Sequence record: NC_027364.1
Length of the DNA stretch: 64,000 nucleotides
Strand: one strand, 5' to 3'
Shown: in pieces, positions 57,757 through 64,000 of the stretch
Layout: each line of letters begins with the position of its first letter
Position numbering within the stretch: position 1 is the stretch's first letter
The notes under the pieces: generated by a model
Databases searched by the model: none
Seen by the model: only the letters and a program-made list of their open reading frames with translations
Told to the model about the DNA's origin: nothing
Position numbers and translations under genes: made by a program

Positions 57757-58279
57757 CTGTGTATGTTTTCACCCTTAGCGATTCAAAATCCCATACATCA
57801 CTGATTGTACCATTGTGCCTGTAATCATAATATTCTACTAATACATTATACAATAACTTCAACGATACAAATTCATGATTCCACGGAGCTTTATTCTCAT
57901 GAACACATTTGGTGATATAAGGTATAATATATAAACTAAACAACACTAATGGTGAATGTATACATTGCATTTGAAAATATTCTTCTTCTTGCATACAATG
58001 TTCAGGAATAATTAGATCATAATGTGTCTCAAATAAATGTAAACCTATTGTGGTTTTTTTCGTATCACATGCGTACCATATTGTACTATCCGAAATAAAT
58101 GGAATGATACCATTATTGTTTGCAATGTACATCATATGGTAAGAGCGATTTGTCTTGTTAAATATCTCGATACTTTCGATATTACTACAAATCATGTATT
58201 CAAGGCAATCAATGATCTTATCTTTAAATGTACCAATTTCATTGAATGACATTGCTTTCTGTACTGTTGTACTGCTCAT
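57749..58279 (-). CDS. FQ-box family protein
   Basis: MQEEEYFQMQCIH. Confidence 0.75.
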   Translation of the reverse strand: MSSTTVQKAMSFNEIGTFKDKIIDCLEYMICSNIESIEIFNKTNRSYHMMYIANNNGIIPFISDSTIWYACDTKKTTIGLHLFETHYDLIIPEHCMQEEEYFQMQCIHSPLVLFSLYIIPYITKCVHENKAPWNHEFVSLKLLYNVLVEYYDYRHNGTISDVWDFESLRVKTYTGE

Positions 58280-58788
58280 ATGTTCTCCTTAAAAAAATCC
58301 AAATACTCTTCATTGAAAGCATATGTATCATCTTTTATGTTATGCACCACATAATCATAAAGAGCTATGAATGCAGGGATTATGATCTTACATGATGTAT
58401 TATTATATTTGTGCTGCTCCAAATCAACGGTATTCAATTTAGCAATAAGCATAGCAACAAAGATATCTTCATGGCGGTGTACTGTACTGTACTGAAAATA
58501 TTCATCCTCTCCAATATCAGGATGATATAACGGTATATCCAAATTATTACGAATTGACATTTTATATTTTTGTAATGCAGCTAAATGCATGAACCACAAT
58601 CTATCTTCATGGAAAGATGGAAAAATAATTTTGTCTGTGCTAATAAAAATTTCTTCATTTCGATTATTTGTCACAAGAGGTGCATACATTTTAATTTTTG
58701 CAGATCTAATAATTAAATTAAAAATATAATGAATCTTATGAACTGCACTTGATGCATCTTCGTATGTACTTGGGATTATGAAACTCAC
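58276..58788 (-). CDS. FQ-box family protein
   Basis: IGEDEYFQYSTVH; GTG start after AAAGGAG. Confidence 0.75.
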   Translation of the reverse strand: MSFIIPSTYEDASSAVHKIHYIFNLIIRSAKIKMYAPLVTNNRNEEIFISTDKIIFPSFHEDRLWFMHLAALQKYKMSIRNNLDIPLYHPDIGEDEYFQYSTVHRHEDIFVAMLIAKLNTVDLEQHKYNNTSCKIIIPAFIALYDYVVHNIKDDTYAFNEEYLDFFKENI

Positions 58789-58816
58789 TATATGTTCTCC
58801 TTTAAAATGATTACAC

Positions 58817-58845
58817 ATGATAACAGCTTTGGTCTTCTATGTCAA
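58817..58845 (-). promoter_or_regulatory. sigma70-like promoter
   Basis: TTGACA-17 bp-TG-T-TATCAT. Confidence 0.75.
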
Positions 58846-58855
58846 TACCAAAACG

Positions 58856-58883
58856 AAAAAAGCCCATATCTTACGATACAGGC
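58856..58883 (-). terminator. intrinsic terminator
   Basis: GCCTGTATC-GTAA-GATATGGGC-T6. Confidence 0.8.
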
Positions 58884-59377
58884 GTTCTGGGCATGTTTAT
58901 TTGAATTTCATTGTACAAATCATCAATATATAGACATGAAAACGATACACTTTCTTTAACTATATTGTTGTGATAAAGCATTTTAAATGCAATATAGAAA
59001 AATAAATCAATATCATCATGTACTAAATTCTGCTGGAACCACCACTCTTCTGTTAAATCTTGTGCATTAAAATCATCAGGAACTACAATTGACGACATAT
59101 CAGAATCTTCTTTGTACTCAAACCACATGTCGTCATTCGGATAACGTTCATGCTTCTCTGGGTAACAATTGGTGGGATTAAATGCTAAAATATAAAATGC
59201 CGTCGAAGAATGTTCTTTATTAAAAAATGAATTATTCCACACCTGATACCTTTCACCAACATCAAGCTCTTTTGATACTGATGTTATTGCACATAATGTA
59301 CTGTATATTGTTTCTATTTTGTGAACAAATTTAAATGCTGCATCTAAACTGAACTCTAAATCAGACATGCGGTGCAT
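58871..59377 (-). CDS. FQ-box family protein, long class
   Basis: LTEEWWFQQNLVHD. Confidence 0.75.
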   Translation of the reverse strand: MHRMSDLEFSLDAAFKFVHKIETIYSTLCAITSVSKELDVGERYQVWNNSFFNKEHSSTAFYILAFNPTNCYPEKHERYPNDDMWFEYKEDSDMSSIVVPDDFNAQDLTEEWWFQQNLVHDDIDLFFYIAFKMLYHNNIVKESVSFSCLYIDDLYNEIQINMPRTPVS

Positions 59378-59697
59378 AAAATTACCTCAACTAAAACAAG
59401 AACGGTATTGAATTCGATGCAACCTTTGATTCCTTGATTGTACATGTACTTTGCTACTACATATTTCTGTACTAAATTATAATTTTTAAATTCCTCAAAA
59501 TTGTAATTTAGAACAAAATCTGTACTCAAAAATAACTTATGCATCTCTAATGCACTTTGATAATACGCGTACAACTCACGGATATCAATACTGGTTAAAT
59601 TATATTGTTCATATCTATGATACGGGATGGCTTCAATTTCAATACTATAAAACCATTCTCTTAACTTATTAATATCAAATGTATTATTCAGCTTCAT
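59356..59697 (-). CDS. hypothetical protein
   Basis: 113 aa. Confidence 0.65.
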   Translation of the reverse strand: MKLNNTFDINKLREWFYSIEIEAIPYHRYEQYNLTSIDIRELYAYYQSALEMHKLFLSTDFVLNYNFEEFKNYNLVQKYVVAKYMYNQGIKGCIEFNTVLVLVEVILCTACLI

Positions 59698-60250
59698 AAC
59701 TCAATACCTCCATTAAACACTCATACACACCATCAATCGCATAAGCACAAAAATTGAAATTAATTTTGTGATTCTTGTGTAATGGACTATTGTGTACTGT
59801 ACTCATTATGACATTATAAAATAACAAACGCACTGGTACAAGCATTGAACCTTGGAAAAATTCTTCCTCTGATTTATATGTATTGTACTCTATTGCTTTG
59901 TTCGTTTCTGTATCATATTTTACCATTACTAACGGGGCATTTTTATTATACCATGCGTACTCTAAATCATTCTTTCCAATAACAGCACCAGGTGCAAAAT
60001 CCAAAAGACCAATAACACTACGGGCATTTGGTGTATCAGGTGTATTGAATCGTTTATCAAAATGACTCGTGCACGTAATATATGTATTGTACTTCGATGG
60101 AATAATACCAATACATTTGTGGAAATGACGCTTGTGATATTTCTGGGCATTATATAAGGCTGCAACAATACAAGCTAACTTTTGTCCCATAAGGATGGCA
60201 TTAGCGTAGGTGTACTGAATATCATTGCTGGTACGGTACTTCGAGGTCAT
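59684..60250 (-). CDS. FQ-box family protein, long class
   Basis: KSEEEFFQGSML. Confidence 0.75.
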   Translation of the reverse strand: MTSKYRTSNDIQYTYANAILMGQKLACIVAALYNAQKYHKRHFHKCIGIIPSKYNTYITCTSHFDKRFNTPDTPNARSVIGLLDFAPGAVIGKNDLEYAWYNKNAPLVMVKYDTETNKAIEYNTYKSEEEFFQGSMLVPVRLLFYNVIMSTVHNSPLHKNHKINFNFCAYAIDGVYECLMEVLSYEAE

Positions 60251-60533
60251 AATATTTCCTTTGCCATATCATGGGCTTAAAATCAATAACAGCTTTCTGT
60301 ATCTTTTTTAATAATAAGACATCATAACCACCCGTGTCAATCACTAATTGCTGTTGGAACAATTCTTCATCGGATAATGTATTGAAATCTACAAAATAAT
60401 CTGTAACTATCGAATCATTTAAATGTGCCATGTACCAACCTGAACTTCTTGAATAAATCAAATTCCACCCATCGTCATCATCTTCTAATTCAACATAAAT
60501 CATATCTGGGGTATACATCATTTTATACTTCAT
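60222..60533 (-). CDS. FQ-box family protein, short class
   Basis: LSDEELFQQQLVI. Confidence 0.75.
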   Translation of the reverse strand: MKYKMMYTPDMIYVELEDDDDGWNLIYSRSSGWYMAHLNDSIVTDYFVDFNTLSDEELFQQQLVIDTGGYDVLLLKKIQKAVIDFKPMIWQRKYYDLEVPYQQ

Positions 60534-61077
60534 AACTATATCCTTGCATTAATAAATCATAAACTACATGGACTAAATTTAATTGAATATAAAATTTTAA
60601 ACCTTTAATTAATGAATTCAAATGCATTGTACTGAATAACATTAGATACATCATCTCATGCGGTTTTGTGATTAATGATTTTTGAAATACTTCAGCTTCA
60701 TCATAAGGGTCTATGAACTGAAATTTGTCTTCATCATAATTTGTATTGGAATGCTGATATATAAAATAATCATCATTGGTATTGTACCACAAATATCCTT
60801 CGAATCCTGTACTAACATCTTTGGTCAATGGGGATGCTGATACTGGATTTGAACTGATTAATGCACCTACATCAACAATCCCCGTTGTATCATATTCGAT
60901 TTCAACATCAATGTCAATATCAATGTATTTCCTTGCGATATCTGCGTTTATGGACAAATATAAACTACCACCTGTCCTCTGACTCAGGATTCCATCTATC
61001 TGCGATATAGGATGGTTGTTATTGAGGATAAGCATTATTGTACTTATCTTGTGTGCTAATAACTCTATCTCATTCAT
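60523..61077 (-). CDS. FQ-box family protein
   Basis: YDEAEVFQKSLI. Confidence 0.75.
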   Translation of the reverse strand: MNEIELLAHKISTIMLILNNNHPISQIDGILSQRTGGSLYLSINADIARKYIDIDIDVEIEYDTTGIVDVGALISSNPVSASPLTKDVSTGFEGYLWYNTNDDYFIYQHSNTNYDEDKFQFIDPYDEAEVFQKSLITKPHEMMYLMLFSTMHLNSLIKGLKFYIQLNLVHVVYDLLMQGYSYEV

Positions 61078-61277
61078 AATTTACCTATCGATGGATACCT
61101 AGGATTTGTAGGATGTAAAATCCTGTCCTGTACTGAAAGGTGCTCAAATGTAATTAAACTCAAATAATAATCGTAATTATCAATACCACCCTTCAAATGT
61201 ATATTGTAATACATCTTAATACTATCTAATAATGAATCCTGTAATGCATTTAATGTTATCGTATTAATCTTTTGCAT
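61074..61277 (-). CDS. small hypothetical protein
   Basis: 67 aa. Confidence 0.6.
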   Translation of the reverse strand: MQKINTITLNALQDSLLDSIKMYYNIHLKGGIDNYDYYLSLITFEHLSVQDRILHPTNPRYPSIGKL

Positions 61278-61438
61278 TAATGTTCTTCTCTTAAAAATCG
61301 TTTGATAGCATAATCTAAATAAAATTCATAACACATGCTATCTCTGTTCTTTATCCATATTTTGTAATCGGATTTTATATTACGCAACAAATAATTTGTA
61401 TTAATTGTGTAATAATCTAATCGCCCTAATCTTTCCAT
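61277..61438 (-). CDS. 53-aa protein missed by the ORF track
   Basis: MERLGRLDYY...RFLREEH*, TAATG overlap. Confidence 0.55.
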   Translation of the reverse strand: MERLGRLDYYTINTNYLLRNIKSDYKIWIKNRDSMCYEFYLDYAIKRFLREEH

Positions 61439-61812
61439 TTAATAGGATACTCCTTTCCTTGTACTATATATGACAAAATCCATCCGTAATGAATAGGATG
61501 ATTTTTATCTGAATCAGGAATAAAATATAAAGCTGTACTTGGATTATGACTGAATAAATCTTTATTGTCAAATGTAAAATGTGATAATATAATTTTCCTT
61601 GTACTTGGACGAATAACATTCTTAACACTGAACTCTGTTCCTTTGTATTTCTCCGAGAATTCAAATAATGCATCTGTAATTAAATCACTGAACTCTTGGA
61701 TTACAAAATTCTGATAAAATGCATTAATCTCTTTTAACTCTGTATACAATTCACTTCTGGTATTCAAAAGGAATATTACTTGTTTAAGATCCTGTACTAT
61801 TGTTGGGTTCAT
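61426..61812 (-). CDS. helix-plus-beta family protein
   Basis: EKYKGTEFSV segment. Confidence 0.7.
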   Translation of the reverse strand: MNPTIVQDLKQVIFLLNTRSELYTELKEINAFYQNFVIQEFSDLITDALFEFSEKYKGTEFSVKNVIRPSTRKIILSHFTFDNKDLFSHNPSTALYFIPDSDKNHPIHYGWILSYIVQGKEYPIKWKD

Positions 61813-62071
61813 ATTTGTTTATCTCATTATGTACCTTAAGCATAAAAATTTGCATATGAATTTTTTGTTCAAGGTGCTTGATAAATTTCTGTACTGTATC
61901 TTCTTGATCTTTTGTACCAAGATAAAATAACATATTAAATTCAGATAATCTCAGAGAGAAATCTTCCTCTCCCCCTCGTAAACAAAAATCCCTGTACTTT
62001 GAAGCGTACAATAAAGAATCTACCTTTTTATATATTTGGGTCTGCATTGTATCTCCATTTTCAAGGACCAT
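61784..62071 (-). CDS. LGTxxQE small-protein family
   Basis: MLFYLGTKDQED. Confidence 0.7.
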   Translation of the reverse strand: MVLENGDTMQTQIYKKVDSLLYASKYRDFCLRGGEEDFSLRLSEFNMLFYLGTKDQEDTVQKFIKHLEQKIHMQIFMLKVHNEINKYEPNNSTGS

Positions 62072-62232
62072 ATGAGCTTATCAACGCATTGATCCTGTGC
62101 TATTGTCCCTAGATAAAATAATACATCAAAATCTGATATTTTGATATTAAAAGGATCGGTGTGTACATTTTTAATAAACTCCCTGTACTTCATTTCATAT
62201 GCATTAGGTATATTCTTATATGTCAATTTCAA
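62020..62232 (-). CDS. LGTxxQE small-protein family
   Basis: VLFYLGTIAQDQ. Confidence 0.7.
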   Translation of the reverse strand: MKLTYKNIPNAYEMKYREFIKNVHTDPFNIKISDFDVLFYLGTIAQDQCVDKLIWSLKMEIQCRPKYIKR

Positions 62233-62533
62233 TGATCCTCCCTGACATACCTTGTATTAGCTTATCATACATATCGAGCATCACTTTTTGAATACTAATT
62301 AGTACTGGCATCGTGCAAATATCAATGTCGTATACTAAGCTGTACTGGAATAATTCATCTTCCTGCATTTGTACTAAATTAGGTAAAAGATAATTGTCTG
62401 CCTCTTCATCCTGGTACTTGAAATGCATAACACCATCCTTTTTGTACAAAAGAATGTCAATATCACCCAACTCTTCGGCATAACCAAATATACATATATT
62501 AGATGTTTTTGCTATATTAAATTTCATCTCCAC
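62216..62533 (-). CDS. FQ-box family protein, short class
   Basis: MQEDELFQYSLVYD. Confidence 0.75.
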   Translation of the reverse strand: MEMKFNIAKTSNICIFGYAEELGDIDILLYKKDGVMHFKYQDEEADNYLLPNLVQMQEDELFQYSLVYDIDICTMPVLISIQKVMLDMYDKLIQGMSGRIIEIDI

Positions 62534-62769
62534 CTCTCTCCGTCAGCACAAGAGTACTGGTACGTTGTCGTTAGGGTAGGGACCATGTTCGTAATGGGCA
62601 TGTTGTTAACAATAACCGTAACAGGCATAAGAATCGTCTCTACTCTACTCTGTCCTGTCCTTGTGCAATTCATCTTCTGCATTTCATCTGAATCCATGAA
62701 ATACAATACAAATGGTGCAATCCCAAGAACAATACACAAGACGATAAGGAAATTTAAAAAATTTAACAT
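62524..62769 (-). CDS. membrane-anchored small protein
   Basis: N-terminal TM helix, two Cys in the soluble part. Confidence 0.7.
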   Translation of the reverse strand: MLNFLNFLIVLCIVLGIAPFVLYFMDSDEMQKMNCTRTGQSRVETILMPVTVIVNNMPITNMVPTLTTTYQYSCADGERWR

Positions 62770-62830
62770 AATTTTCTACCCTAATGATTAACGTACAGGT
62801 ACTATATCAGTAATGAAAAGTACTGTCAAG

Positions 62831-63226
62831 CTAGTATTGCACTGTTCTAATGAAAGTACCTTTACTCATGGATTTAAGCTTATGAACCTCTTCCTGTATA
62901 CCCTTGATTAACCCTAAAGGTATAGGTACATCATGTACTAAGCTGTACTGAAAGTATTCTTCTTCAGATAAAGTACTAACATCTGGAACGCCAATTTTAG
63001 TTAGATAATCTTGATGTGTTGACCAATAAATTATATCTTCAGTACTATTGTACTCCCCATATACTGAACAATATTGATGAATATCTTTCCTGTACCCTTG
63101 AGCAATAAAGAACTTATCTACTGCATTACCAGCATTAATAGAATTCACTTCGATTGTCACAGTACTTGAGCTTGTATAACTCTTAATATTATCAGTACTC
63201 AACTGTGTGTTCTTCATAATCACCAT
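62831..63226 (-). CDS. FQ-box family protein, short class
   Basis: LSEEEYFQYSLVHD. Confidence 0.75.
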   Translation of the reverse strand: MVIMKNTQLSTDNIKSYTSSSTVTIEVNSINAGNAVDKFFIAQGYRKDIHQYCSVYGEYNSTEDIIYWSTHQDYLTKIGVPDVSTLSEEEYFQYSLVHDVPIPLGLIKGIQEEVHKLKSMSKGTFIRTVQY

Positions 63227-63536
63227 TAGGCTCCTGTTTAGATTCTTTCATTAGTACTATCATCTTATGTACTAATGGCATAGGAAACTCTAAATCCCAT
63301 ACTAATGATTCCTGAAAGTATTCCTCTGGTGATAAAGTACTTAAATCTTTAATATCAACGTGCTTGTATATTTTATTTTCGTAATTAACAAATGATATAT
63401 ATAAATCACTAACATAAGAATCATAGGTAATTGTGAATGGCTTACCCTTGTAATCCATTACATCTCTACATAGACTACTTTTGATATATGTATGTTCAAA
63501 TGATTTATATACCTTGAGTTGTATATTAGTTTTCAT
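63192..63536 (-). CDS. FQ-box family protein, short class
   Basis: LSPEEYFQESLVWD. Confidence 0.75.
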   Translation of the reverse strand: MKTNIQLKVYKSFEHTYIKSSLCRDVMDYKGKPFTITYDSYVSDLYISFVNYENKIYKHVDIKDLSTLSPEEYFQESLVWDLEFPMPLVHKMIVLMKESKQEPNGDYEEHTVEY

Positions 63537-63801
63537 ATTTCTCTTTATTAGCTTGTTTGGTTTTATAGTGAATTAAATCTATTAATGTAATCAAGTACAA
63601 CGTCAAATAGTACTCTTGTTGATCTGTACCTAATGATACAAAGAACTTGTGCTCATAGATTAAAACCTGTTTCTCTTCAAATGGACATTTAATCCTCTGT
63701 ATAGGCTTAAGTAAATGATAGTACTTATTAAATCTATGATACATTTCTAGTTCTGTCAGTACTTTCATATTAAACATGTACTCCATTAGCAGTAGCATCA
63801 C
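63526..63801 (-). CDS. LGTxxQE small-protein family
   Basis: FFVSLGTDQQEY. Confidence 0.7.
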   Translation of the reverse strand: MMLLLMEYMFNMKVLTELEMYHRFNKYYHLLKPIQRIKCPFEEKQVLIYEHKFFVSLGTDQQEYYLTLYLITLIDLIHYKTKQANKEKYEN

Positions 63802-63991
63802 GTAAAGCTGTCAAATACTTCTGTACGGCTTGCTCTTGCTTATTTGTACCTAAAAGTATATACATCCATAATTCACTGTAATGTACATCTTGTGTATAAG
63901 GGTTGTTGTAACTTTTTGATAATATAGCATCAAATTCAGATGCATGAACCCTTGTGAACTTAAGAATATCTTGTTGTGTTATGATTCTCAT
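63770..63991 (-). CDS. LGTxxQE small-protein family
   Basis: MYILLGTNKQEQ. Confidence 0.7.
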   Translation of the reverse strand: MRIITQQDILKFTRVHASEFDAILSKSYNNPYTQDVHYSELWMYILLGTNKQEQAVQKYLTALRDATANGVHV

Positions 63992-64000
63992 ATCTTTTCC

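Noticed and set aside
2183-62791. Plus-strand ORFs in the track other than 7127-7504, and minus-strand ORFs nested in other frames
   Set aside because: They lie antisense to or inside well-supported genes, lack SD motifs and read as shadow translations.
1-64000. tRNA, rRNA, integrase, transposase or homing endonuclease genes
   Set aside because: No cloverleaf or T-loop GTTCGA in context, and no catalytic motifs recognised; tRNAscan-SE would be needed to exclude atypical tRNAs.
1-64000. Apparent scarcity of GCGC and GGCC
   Set aside because: Only an impression; it cannot be counted reliably by eye and low GC content explains part of it.

Overview
AT-rich (roughly one-third GC by eye), gene-dense segment that looks like a lytic jumbo bacteriophage genome. 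The gene content resembles the enterobacterial RaK2/GAP32/121Q-like giant myoviruses; that is inference, as no search was run. Almost every real gene is on the minus strand, tightly coupled (ATGA/TAATG overlaps), with sigma70-like promoters and intrinsic terminators. Bases 1-31 kb carry auxiliary and repair genes: PIN-PhoH, a cyclic-phosphate receiver domain, NUDT16-like Nudix, Sir2, HslV-like and two ClpP-like peptidases, dCMP deaminase, a degenerate MazG-like protein, two metallophosphoesterases, DNA ligase, Pth2-like, PNK, RNA ligase 1, an HxGH nucleotidyltransferase and an N6-adenine methyltransferase. They are interspersed with small paralogous ORFans. Bases 35.8-64 kb are dominated by about 50 divergent paralogues sharing an acidic-hydrophobic-FQ-x-S motif, here called the FQ-box. 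Best leads: (1) the FQ-box superfamily, possibly modular adaptors; (2) a ~530-nt highly structured non-coding region at 31.65-32.19 kb; (3) frame-independent enrichment of the palindrome (C)AGTACT(G); (4) a GC-rich inverted-repeat element at 54.75-54.92 kb. No tRNA, rRNA, CRISPR array, integrase or transposase was recognised. All family assignments are by-eye motif recognition.
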